NCBI GenBank assembly: GCA_963835065.1 | Contig: CAWIEK010000035.1 | Coordinates: forward strand, 1-39,994 | DNA: 39,994 nt | Direction of reading: 5' to 3' | From: an uncultured Chthonomonadaceae bacterium | GTDB lineage: Bacteria; Armatimonadota; Chthonomonadetes; Chthonomonadales; Chthonomonadaceae | Notes under the pieces: model-generated | What the model was told of the DNA's origin: nothing | The model's database searches: none | The model's input: the letters and a program-made list of their open reading frames with translations, nothing else | Shown here: piece after piece, positions 28,544 to 37,900 of the stretch | Layout of the letters: every line of letters starts with the position of its first letter | Position numbering within the stretch: position 1 is the first letter of the stretch | Position numbers and translations under genes: made by a program

Positions 28544-29176
28544 ATGGCGACGCCACGCAGCAAAGACAAAATTTTGCGGTGCGCCCGTGAAATGTTTTAC
28601 CATCTGGGCTATCATGGCGCCAGCGTGGACGACATTATAGAACGCGCGGGCGTTGCTAAAAGCAATTTCTACTACCATTTCAAGACCAAAGAGCAGCTTG
28701 CGCTTGCCGTTCTGGAAACACAGATTGACGAGTACGACCTGTGGATAGGCCAATCCCTGCGTAACCCGATGATGCGGCCCACCGACCGCCTGCAAAGTTT
28801 CTTCGCGCAGTTGTGTTCGGCGCAGCAGGAAATGCAGAAGATGGCCGGCTGTCCTTTCGGCAACTTCGCCGCCACACTGCACGGCGACGAAGAGTTTATC
28901 GGGGACGACAAAAAGGGACGCGAACGGTACGAGCAGAGTGAGCTTTTCCGCAAGCACATCAGCCGCATGTTCCGGCATCTGGAACTGGCCCTGCACGATT
29001 GTTTGACGGAAGGCGCGGCCTGCGGCGAGTTTCGCTCCGACATTGCGCCGGAAGAGTTGGCGTCGTATCTGCTGGCGACAATCGAAGGTTTGTTGATTTT
29101 AACCAAAGCGCACAAGGATATGGCGCACATGCTTGGCGGGTTCAGCGTGGCGCAGCGCTTGCTTTGCGCGCGGTAA
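28544..29176 (+). CDS. TetR/AcrR family regulator (NemR/ComR-like C-terminal domain)
   Basis: HTH motif GYHGASVDDIIERAGVAKSNFYYHFKTKEQL, plus GCPFGN. Confidence 0.92.
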   Translation: MATPRSKDKILRCAREMFYHLGYHGASVDDIIERAGVAKSNFYYHFKTKEQLALAVLETQIDEYDLWIGQSLRNPMMRPTDRLQSFFAQLCSAQQEMQKMAGCPFGNFAATLHGDEEFIGDDKKGRERYEQSELFRKHISRMFRHLELALHDCLTEGAACGEFRSDIAPEELASYLLATIEGLLILTKAHKDMAHMLGGFSVAQRLLCAR

Positions 29177-29373
29177 GCAATGGAATGAGCATTATGGCAG
29201 GCATTTTGGTCACGCGGCTATGGTGGAAACGTAATCTGGTATCGGCACGGTGAACTTTCCGCCGCAATCGCGCAGTCACAACAGCATAACAGTCACAATA
29301 GCATCAAAACAAGAAGAAACAAGAGGAAATGGGGAGCGTTCACGGGAACGAGCCTTCTTTTTTCCTTTGTGTT

Positions 29374-29428
29374 TAGAACTAAACCGTCCTAGTCAAATAA
29401 TCAAAACCGATGTTGCTCGTCCGTCGTC
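29374..29428 (+). promoter_or_regulatory. Second TetR-type operator and candidate ECF autopromoter upstream of the sigma gene
   Basis: TAGAACT-AAAC-CGTCCTA (29374-29391) matches 28476-28493 at 15/18. AAACC-N16-CGTC at 29404-29428. Confidence 0.55.
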
Positions 29429-29610
29429 AGTAACAATATCATACCCCGCTGATATTGTCCGGCATGGGCGCAGAAAACAAGATATACTATAAGTAGAAAT
29501 GTAGACACAAGGTAAGCGCACAGGCAGGAGCGTACTTGCCTGAGCGGAGTGAGTAACGGGTGTATCGGACAGAAGCGCGATCAAGGCGCTATGAGGGGAG
29601 ACCGCACACA

Positions 29611-30261
29611 ATGGCGAACATCAAGACGTGGGAACCGCAAGCGACCAATGGGGCCGACCATGCGGAGTTTCAAAAATTAGTGGCGCGCACACAGCGCCAG
29701 GCTTATAATATCGCGTATCGCATGACCGGCAATCGGGATGATGCCGAAGATTTGACTCAGGAAGCGTATCTGCGGGCGTACCGCTCGTTTGCAACCTATA
29801 ATCGGCAGATGCCGTTTGAAAGCTGGTTTTTCCGTATTCTGTCGAATCTATTCATTGACTTGCTGCGCCGCCGTCCCAAGCAGAAGCCGCTTTCGCTGGA
29901 TCAGTCCATGAACGACGAGGACAGCGACGACAACCTGCTGCTGCAATTGCCGGACGAAAACTCCAACCCGGAGCGCAATCTGCTGGAAACGGTGATGGAC
30001 GAGAAGCTGCAAAACGCGCTTTCCGCTCTGCCCGAAGCGTTCCGCGTGGCCGTTCTGCTGTGCGACGTGGAAGGCAAGTCGTATGAGGAGATCGCCGACA
30101 TTATGGGATCGTCCATCGGCACGGTGCGCTCGCGCATCCATCGCGGACGCTCCTTGCTGCGCCGCATCATGGACAGCCAGAACGCGCCCGTAAAGGAAAA
30201 GAAGCGCCGGATGCCCAAAGTGTCCGTGCCGCTTCCCGCATTAAGCGCCAGCATGATATAA
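29611..30261 (+). CDS. ECF sigma-70 family RNA polymerase sigma factor
   Basis: Region 2 DAEDLTQEAYLRAY...FESWFFRILSN and region 4 LPEAFRVAVLLCDVEGKSYEEIA...GTVRSRIHRGR. No adjacent anti-sigma gene. Confidence 0.93.
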   Translation: MANIKTWEPQATNGADHAEFQKLVARTQRQAYNIAYRMTGNRDDAEDLTQEAYLRAYRSFATYNRQMPFESWFFRILSNLFIDLLRRRPKQKPLSLDQSMNDEDSDDNLLLQLPDENSNPERNLLETVMDEKLQNALSALPEAFRVAVLLCDVEGKSYEEIADIMGSSIGTVRSRIHRGRSLLRRIMDSQNAPVKEKKRRMPKVSVPLPALSASMI

Positions 30262-30274
30262 GCGCCTTGATTTC

Positions 30275-30316
30275 CCCCTCTTTCAGCGCATAGCGTGGCT
30301 GGAAGAGGGGCTTTTT
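30275..30316 (+). terminator. Intrinsic terminator after the sigma gene (possibly also serving the convergent element B)
   Basis: CCCCTCTTTCAGC...GCTGGAAGAGGGG stem followed by CTTTTT. Confidence 0.7.
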
Positions 30317-30370
30317 GTTGTTTTGGGCAGCACCGTTGGCCGGTAGTGACAGGGAAAAGGTATGTAGAAA

Positions 30371-30523
30371 AAAGAGTATGTAGAGTCATCGTCGAAATCT
30401 TGGCAATGCAGCGCTTCCAGCCCGATGTCTCGTTGTGTCAAATTGTAGGAGAGAGGCGTCGTGGCCTCGGAAGCGTCAGGGCGAACGGGAGGGGTGAAAC
30501 ATAGGACTGGCACCTCCCTTCCG
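30371..30523 (-). ncRNA. Candidate small RNA or small-ORF transcript, copy B
   Basis: Inverted copy of 15754-15905, with SD GGAAGGGAGGTG and ATG at 30502. Confidence 0.45.
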
Positions 30524-30560
30524 GTGTCTAACATTTGAAAAGTAGACGTTGTTCTGCTAT

Positions 30561-30588
30561 TTAGACGGCTGCATTGGGCAAAGGGTTC
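30561..30588 (-). promoter_or_regulatory. ECF-sigma-type promoter, copy B
   Basis: Minus strand reads GAACCctttgcccaatgcagcCGTCTAA (N16). Confidence 0.7.
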
Positions 30589-30919
30589 ATTATTTTTGGC
30601 ATTATTTTGCTCTTTTTTTGCCTATTCAGGGCATTTGCCTGTGCCGGGGATTGAAAATACCCGGCAGGAAAGTGCAAGCGTCTTTCAGACGCGCCATTAA
30701 CTATAGAATCGCGTCCGCAGGAGGCTTGTTTTGTGAAGATGGGGATTGCAAAGCCCCGGCAACCCGCGCCAATGGGAGCGCCTTAAATTTGAATCGCACT
30801 TGTAGCAACCGCCAACAGCAGGAATCAACCACAAGGATACAAAAATAAAAGTGAATTGTGCCCTCGCATAGATATTTGGAAAGCGACAGCGACAGCAGCA
30901 ACAAGCAAGGACGCCGGAC

Positions 30920-31595
30920 ATGACGCAGATTGCCACTCAGCCGCTGAACGAAGCAACACGCCGCAAAATCAAGCGACAAAACCTTGCCAAAGCCTTGTTG
31001 AAGTCAGGTGGGCTTGTCGGAAACTTCATCAATCAAGTAATGTATGAGACGGCGGGGGAGGAAGCCAACGCGCAGGACAGAGCGAAAATGGAAGCCATGC
31101 TTCAGGCGTTGATGAGCAATCAAAAAACGCAGAATACCGACCTGAGAGATATTCTGTCGCGGCTGGATACAAGTGAGTTTCAGATGCAGCAGGTGCGTGA
31201 GGCCATTGTCAAGCTGGCGCTTTATTTTGGGGGACAGGCAGATGCAGCTACGAGTCAATTCATTGAGGCGGCAGCAGACAGAACGCTCGAGCGAGTACGA
31301 GGACATTTTACGCCGGGATTTGTTTCTGGCGGCGCGCTGTCTGGGCGACTGCGAAGCGGTGGAACCCCTGCTGGCGCGCGAAGTCGCAGGGGAACTGGTC
31401 GCCATCTGCCTGGATCGGCAGGGCAAAGGCGAGTACGCATCCTTGCGGCAACTGGCGAGTGCGACAGTGGGCCTGCTGCGTCACGGCGAAGCCGGAAACG
31501 AAGCCGTGCGCCTGCTCCTCGCCGCGCTCAAGGATGGAGACTGGCAGGTGCGCTCTGCTGTTTGGGAGGCACTGAACCGCCTGGTGCAGGCGTAA
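30920..31595 (+). pseudogene. Probable internally deleted NACHT-HEAT gene (N-terminal helical domain joined out of frame to a post-NACHT/HEAT tail)
   Basis: Frame 30920 is protein-like to about 31288. Frame 31173..31595 then gives SEYEDILRRDLFLAARCLGD...LLAALKDGDWQVRSAVWEAL, a HEAT repeat preceded by a motif typical of the region after NACHT cores. Confidence 0.55.
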
Positions 31596-31643
31596 GGTGG
31601 GGTTGGCGGCTGACCGGCTGTTGGGGAAGGGCGCGGACGGGGG

Positions 31644-31843
31644 TTCTACCCTCATCCGGCCTCCGGCCACCTTCTCCCTGCAAGGGAGAAGGCTAATGTG
31701 GCAGTCTGGTGGGTTCATTATAGGTTTTGTTTGGACACAGGATTTTCTTTTTGGCTTCCCTATTTCCTGTTCAGCCGCCCATTGAATAATTTAGCCTTCT
31801 TCCTTGCAGGGAGAAGGTGGCCGGAGGCCGGATGAGGGTAGAA
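31644..31843. repeat. REPIN/MITE-like unit: 53-bp inverted REP-like arms around a 94-bp spacer
   Basis: 31644-31696 and the reverse complement of 31791-31843 differ at 1 position. Each arm is internally palindromic. Confidence 0.9.
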
Positions 31844-31891
31844 GCCGCCAATTCCACTACAATTTTACTCGAAAGCCCTCTGGTATTTCCC

Positions 31892-32332
31892 CTAATTCGC
31901 CACTTGCCGCAACTCTTCCCGCACCTGCATCAGCAGTTCACCCAGTACGTTCTGCCCCTGCCCGCCGCATTTGGCGCACCGGCAGCGGCCCCAGTACCTA
32001 TCGTGCCAGCGATTGCCCTCTACCAATTCTTCATCCCCGGTTTGCAGCAGCAATTCGCGTAGGGCGGCATCGGCAAATTTGACGCGCAGCAGTTCGCGCA
32101 TGATGTCGCGCTTGGCGGCTTCCCAATCTTCGCGCAGGGTGACGCGCCGCCCCTTGCGCTTGGCAATCACCGGGTTGGCGTTGGCGCGAATCGTGGCGCG
32201 TTCTTCGGCAATGGACGTTTTCGCCGCCTGAAACGCATGTTCGACGGTTGGGTACGTGTCGCCTTCAAATTCTATGGGTGACTTATAGAAGTTGGATAAA
32301 AAGCGGTTTTCGCCTGCAAACTCTTCGATCAT
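31892..32332 (-). CDS. NADAR (YbiA-like) family protein
   Basis: FLSNFY, YPTVEHAFQAAK, GRRVTLREDWE, KFAD..LRELLLQTGDEELVEGN.WHDRYWG and GQNVLGELLMQVR. Confidence 0.92.
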   Translation of the reverse strand: MIEEFAGENRFLSNFYKSPIEFEGDTYPTVEHAFQAAKTSIAEERATIRANANPVIAKRKGRRVTLREDWEAAKRDIMRELLRVKFADAALRELLLQTGDEELVEGNRWHDRYWGRCRCAKCGGQGQNVLGELLMQVREELRQVAN

Positions 32333-32447
32333 ATCCGGTTTCGCCTTCCGCGCCTTTCTTCACCAGCCAGCGCAGGGATTTTACCTGCGCGGCAAGAATA
32401 TGCAACTGCCTTGTGACGCTGATTATTTACTGCCCGCTCAGTTGGAA

Positions 32448-33339
32448 ATGCGGAAGGAAACTGTTGTGAATGAATTTGCAGCAAAGCGCATCCAAACGCT
32501 GGTCGCCATTATGAAGGATGAGGTCGACTGGCGGCGGGTGCAGGAACAATTGTGGTATCGCGTTCCGGTCGCAAGCGCCCCCCGCCGCTGGCCGCCGCAA
32601 TGGCTCGCCTTTTACCAGACCAAAATTTTCAAGGACGAGGCGTATTCCATTCGCTGGTACGGCAGGGTACGGATGATACGCCGCGTACCCCGCTCCGAGT
32701 TGTTCCCGGACGAGTTCCCCAACGCCAAATCCGACAAACTGTACTATCAGGTGTTTTTGCACCGTCTGGACGCCCTGCCCGCGCCTATTGTCAGCCTGCG
32801 CCTGCGCCGCGTCGTGTTCATTCCCACCACCTACCACAAACTGCTGACCGCAGCCGAAATCAACGATCTATGGGATGAAAGCCCGCTCGAGGACGCGCTA
32901 TGGGAACAACTCAAACGCCTGAATATGCGCGCCGAGCGGCAGTACGACATCGCGGTGGAGGACGGAAAGTACAAACTGGACTTTGCCCTCTTCTGCGCGC
33001 AGGGCAACATTGATCTTGAAACGGATGGCGACTACTGGCACATCAATGTGGAACGCGCCCCTGAAGACAACCGCCGCAACAATGCGCTTGCCGCGCATGG
33101 CTGGAAGGTGATGCGCTTTACCACCGCGCAAATCCGCGAGGAGATGGAAACGTACTGCGTCCCGCGCATTGCCGAAGCCGTCAACAACATGGGCGGCTTG
33201 AACGACAATCAGGAACCGCCGCGCACCTACCTTAAAGGCGACGACGGCATCGCGCAGCAATTAGGGCTATTCGATAGCCGCACAGCGTATGCGCCCGAAC
33301 CCGATCTCCGATACTACTCCAGAAGAAATGGAGGACTAA
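32448..33339 (+). CDS. DUF559 (Vsr-like PD-(D/E)xK) endonuclease with an N-terminal WYRxP domain
   Basis: ESPLEDALW, ERQY, YKLDFAL, LETDGDYWH and DNRRNNALAAHGWKVMRFT. The true stop is probably TAA 33337-33339 after an indel. Confidence 0.8.
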
Positions 33340-33347
33340 CCACTCCT

Positions 33348-33567
33348 ATGATAATCACTGTTGAAATGCCCGACAGCCTGAACGATTTTCATCTGCCACA
33401 GGGCGTACAGCGCCGCCTTCAAGAACCTGCTGGACAAACAAAATCAGGGTCAACCTCTAACGCCTGCGGAACAGGAAGAAGCAGACGGAATTTGCGATAT
33501 GGCGGAATGGCTGTCACTGCTGAAACTAAAGACGCGGCCTTCCGACAACGAAGGACAATGTAAATGA
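33348..33567 (+). CDS. Small antitoxin-like protein of the type usually upstream of HNH nucleases (one frameshift)
   Basis: Repaired translation MIITVEMPDSLNDFHLPQGVQRRLQELLDKQNQGQPLTPAEQEEADGICDMAEWLSLLKLK...; ATGA overlap with the next gene. Confidence 0.6.
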
Positions 33568-34331
33568 GACAAAATTTTATGGCAGTTGCGTTGACTATAA
33601 CGGCCTTGCTGTATACCGCCTGCGCCGGACACGCGCAACAAAACAAGACGACGCCACTACAGTTCTCCGGCTATACATGGGATGTGCGGGGGGCGGGTTT
33701 GGGCGGACCGGGGCCGAACCATTGGGACGCGGCGAATGTTTGGGTGGATGCGCGGGGCTGGCTGCATCTGAAGATTTCTCATGCGGCGGGGGAATGGCGC
33801 TGCGCGGAACTCACTTCGCGGCAGCGCTTCGGTTTCGGGCGCTATCAGTTTCAGGTGTCCGGGCGGATGGACCAGTTTGACCGCAACACCGTTCTCGGAC
33901 TGTTCAACTATCCGACCCCGGATGTGGGCGCGGACGGCACGAACGAGATAGACATTGAGTTTGCGCGGTGGGGCGACGGCGGCTCCCCGGCAGGCAATTA
34001 TACCGTCTGGCAAGCGTCCGGCGCGCACTCGCCGGAAAACCATGCCACGTTCGGGCTTGCCAACAGTGGCGATCTCACCATGCACCAATTTTCATGGCAA
34101 GCCGCGCAGATTTCCTTTCAGTCGTTTCGCGGGGAAAAGGACGACAAAACAAAGGAACTCTGCCATTGGACTTACGCGCCCGACGAAACCCGCCTGATTC
34201 CGCAGCAGCCCCTTCCCGTGCATCTCAACCTGTGGCTGTTTCGCGGCAAGCCTCCGACGGATAACAAAGAAGTAGAGATCGTAATTCGGCAGTTCACGTT
34301 CACGCAAAGCGGTCGCTCATATAAGCCTTGA
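33564..34331 (+). CDS. Secreted GH16-like glycoside hydrolase
   Basis: Signal peptide; FGFGRYQF; catalytic NEIDIEF motif; HLNLW. Confidence 0.8.
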   Translation: MRQNFMAVALTITALLYTACAGHAQQNKTTPLQFSGYTWDVRGAGLGGPGPNHWDAANVWVDARGWLHLKISHAAGEWRCAELTSRQRFGFGRYQFQVSGRMDQFDRNTVLGLFNYPTPDVGADGTNEIDIEFARWGDGGSPAGNYTVWQASGAHSPENHATFGLANSGDLTMHQFSWQAAQISFQSFRGEKDDKTKELCHWTYAPDETRLIPQQPLPVHLNLWLFRGKPPTDNKEVEIVIRQFTFTQSGRSYKP

Positions 34332-34340
34332 TGGGGCGCG
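34283..34340. repeat. 58-bp direct repeat, left copy
   Basis: 57/58 identical to 34911-34968. Contains the GH16 stop and a copy of the R-M gene's last codons. Confidence 0.95.
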
Positions 34341-34393
34341 CGGCGTGTATTGTGTTTTCTCGTCGAACTGACAGAATGATGATTTCCATGTTA

Positions 34394-34422
34394 TTGACGC
34401 AGAAGGTATTCTTTGCTATACT
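34394..34422 (+). promoter_or_regulatory. sigma70 promoter of the vapBC cassette
   Basis: TTGACG-N17-TATACT with an extended TG. Confidence 0.65.
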
Positions 34423-34493
34423 TAAATCTATGACAATACCGGCTCCTTTTTCAAGGAAGCGCTCGAAGAATGTAAACAAGGCAAGGGTACACT

Positions 34494-34749
34494 ATGGCAC
34501 AGGCACAACTAATTCAGGGCAATACCGCAGAACTGCTTTCTTACCTTACCCGACATCCGCATCAACAAAATTTGCTGTTAATTGTTCCCGACAAAGTGAC
34601 TGAAGAAACATTCCCACATCCCAGACTCGCAGGCAGACGCAATGCCTGACGGAACTGTTTTTCGCAATGGCGTTCCTCTCTTTCCCATGCAGGAAGGCAG
34701 GCCGTCGGTCACTATGGAACTGGTACAGCGTTTAATGGATGAGGAGTAG
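34494..34749 (+). CDS. VapB-like antitoxin (one frameshift)
   Basis: MAQAQLIQGNTAELL.../...FRNGVPLFP....VTMELVQRLMDEE*. The RNGVPL/VTxExV tail is typical of VapB proteins preceding this PIN type. Confidence 0.65.
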
Positions 34750-34750
34750 C

Positions 34751-34910
34751 ATGGCGGCCCTTGAACTCCCTGATGTCAACGTGTTGATTGCCCTTTTTGA
34801 TGTAGTCTATATCTATCATCAGGCGGCACAAAACTGGTTTGCGGCAGCGCGAGGAAGCGGTTGGGCAACTTGCCCGCTAACGGAGAATGGCTTTTTGCGC
34901 ATTGTCAGTA
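34751..34910 (+). pseudogene. VapC PIN toxin, 3'-truncated
   Basis: LPDVNVLIALFD...H.AAQNWF...WATCPLTENGFLRIVS, then cut at the 58-bp repeat. Confidence 0.8.
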
Positions 34911-34968
34911 AATTCGGCAATTCACGTTCACGCAAAGCGGTCGCTCATATAAGCCTTGATGGGGCGCG
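34911..34968. repeat. 58-bp direct repeat, right copy
   Basis: Matches 34283-34340. Confidence 0.95.
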
Positions 34969-37900
34969 GGCGCACGGCCTGCCAGGGATAGCGGGGCTGC
35001 AAGCGGTTCAACGGGAAACGGCTGAGTCGCGCCGCGATATAATCTTGCTCGTCGGGTGTAAGGCCAAACGCGGCGTACACAGCCTCGTCCACCGTTTGCA
35101 AAGCCCGCATGAAGTCCTGCTCCACTTGCCCGAAAGAAGCCATGCGGCTGCGGTATTCGATTAGAAGCGCGGCGTAATCGTGGGGCACGACCAGTTTCTG
35201 CACATCCTGCGTTTTCACGGGCTTGCCTTCCTCAACGGTCAGGGCCAGCAGCAGATACACGTACTCGGCAAGGGCGGCGTCGGCGAAGACGGCAAGCGGC
35301 GTGATGCGATTGCCCTCCTGCCGCAATGTTTCAACCGGTATTTCGCTTCCGGCCTCATCAAAGCGCAGGCCAAGCGCGGGTTCCGTAATGCGCCAGTGGG
35401 CAGCGGCAAGACGGCGCTCCGTTTCTGCCAGCAGCCATTCGTTGGGGTTGTTTTTGGCGCGGGTCGCCAGTTCCGCCAGGCGGTCGTACCCATCTGCCAA
35501 CGCCTGCTCCGCTGCCGCCGTCAAGGTTTTCGGCCAGGGCAGGGCTTCCAGCGTTCGAGGGTAGACATGGGCGTAGCACCCCTGTATCACGCCGGAGCGC
35601 AGTTTCAAAGCCCAATAGTAGCGGGCGAGTCTGCTGTTCAGGTACGCGGCAATGGCTTTCGCCGTTATCAAAAAGTCCACGTTCCCAACCACGACAGTAT
35701 TGAGTGCCGCATGGGTTCCATCTACGGCGGCAAACGGGGCTTTAACAATTTCGGCCACTTGTATCGTCGCTGTGCCGGGTTTACGCTCCTGACGCCACAA
35801 ACTTAATTTGCCATTGGGTCGCTTTGCAACGGCGTCAAGGTCAATCCAGCCTGACGGTTCGCCGCTCCATGCAACGGCAAGGCTTTGGCCCGGAACTACC
35901 GCAACGGGGCGCGTTCCCGTTGGCGCGTCCGTTACCTCTACGCCGCCGCGCTGAATTCCATACGTCCAGCGAACGCGGTTCCCCAATGGCTCGAAACCGC
36001 TGCCATTGCCGTTCGGGTTGAGTTTTTGCAGCAGGGGCGCGTCGCTTTGTTCCAGCAGGGGAAGCAGGTAATCGCCATAGGGCGCAATGCCGTTGGTCAC
36101 GCGGGGATTGATACGCGGATCGAAAAAGTCGGCGTACCGGACTTTTACGGGCGGTTCCTCGCTCGGCCAATGCGTCGGCACATACAATTCGATTTCGTCA
36201 TCGTCCTGCGCCTGCGTCCGCTCCACAATCAGAATCATCGGGACGCGGGCGGCGTCCCACACGGGCGCGGGCTTGCCATTCGCTTCCACAAACTCCATCC
36301 AGACCACTTTGCGCAGCGCGGCGCTCCGTCCGGGATGCAGCAGTTGCCACACTTTGCCGGCCACTTCCGTATTGGCAAAGCCGCCGCTGACCACCATGCC
36401 GAACCAGCCGCCCGGTTCCAGCCATTCCGTCAGGGCGCGATAAATCACCAGCAGGCCCGCATCCGCGTTTTGTCCCCACACATGCGCCCACAATTCGCGC
36501 ACTTCTTCGGCGTACTTGCCCCGTTCCGCCCGAATATAGGGCGGGTTGCCGACCACGTAACGCCACTTCTGCTCGTCGCGGGCTTTGGACCCGGACGGCA
36601 GATGCTCCTCGCCCACCCATTCTTTGATGGCCGTGTCGCGCAGCAGGCTGTTCAGGTTATGCACTTCGATATGCGTGGCGGGCGCAGCCGGGTCAAACCG
36701 CAAAATCGCCCACAGCATTTGAAACAGACTGATGTACGACGCAAAGGGATTCAGGTCGAAGCCCCACGCCTCGTTTTGCAGTTCGCCGCTCACCTGCCGG
36801 ATGTCGAAATTGTTTTGCCGCGCCGATTCCAGCCGCCAGTGGGCGTAGCGCACCAGAAACGAGCCGCTGCCGCACGAGGGGTCCAGCAGGGTTCCCAACC
36901 CATGCGCCCGGACGGTGTGATCGAGAATCCATTCCACAATCGAAGGCGGCGTATAAAACTCTCCCAATTGCTTGCGCTTTTGGGGCGGCAAAAACTGCTG
37001 GTAAATGTCGCCCAGAATCTCTTCCGACAGCCCGGCAAAGTCGTAAGCGTTCAGGCGCAAAATGAGACGCTGCAAGGCCGCGTCCAGATCGCCGTTCGCG
37101 CGCTCTATCCAGTCGAAAACGGTGGGCGCGAACGGTTCGCGGTACACCCGCGCCATGTCTTCCGAAACAACCCGAACCAGGGCGCGGGCATCGCCCGTCA
37201 GGTTCTTGACGAAGTTGGCCCAATTGCGCGGGCCGCCGTCGGAAATGCGGCGCGGCTGCAAATTCAAATCTTCCACAAGCCGCAGAAACAACACGCGGGC
37301 GATTAATGCCGCCGCCGAGTCCGCGATAAAGGCTTCCTGAACGCGCTTCGCCTCGTCCTGAGGCTTGCTCGCCTCCACTTCGCGCCCGTACTGCTCCTCG
37401 AACTGCCCCAACGCCTCCTCGAACAGGCGGCGCACAAAGCTGAATTCCAGTTCCAAGCGCCCCCGTGACCGCCGCCGAATGTCGGGACGCATGGCCGCGT
37501 TGTTTTCGATTTCGTCCTTGCGCCGCCGGTAGTCCCGATAATCGGCTTCAAGCGCGTACAGCGTTGCCGCAGCCGCAGTCATCAATTCCTGAAAACTGGC
37601 GCGTAAATCGCCCCGCAGTTGATTCAGGCTTTCCGGCACATCCAGCGTGAGATAAGCGTAAGGAAAATCGCCCTTGACAAACTCCTCCCACTGGCGGGCA
37701 TGGGAAGCCATTTCAGGACGCAAAAAGGCAAGCCGCGCTTGCAGTTCCTCCAGCGTCACGGTTCGCAGATCGAGCGGAATTTCAAATCCGGGCGCGGGCT
37801 TGTTTTCCGGCGTCAGGACAAGCAGGTAATGGGCGGTGACAAAGACTACGTAGCGGGTCAGGCCGTCCATATACTTGCGCTTGTTCTGCCAGAAGGCTTC

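Noticed and set aside
32292..33563. 423-aa DUF559 fusion protein as listed in the ORF track
   Set aside because: It overlaps NADAR at the 5' end, and its 3' extension is better explained as a separate small gene joined by an indel.
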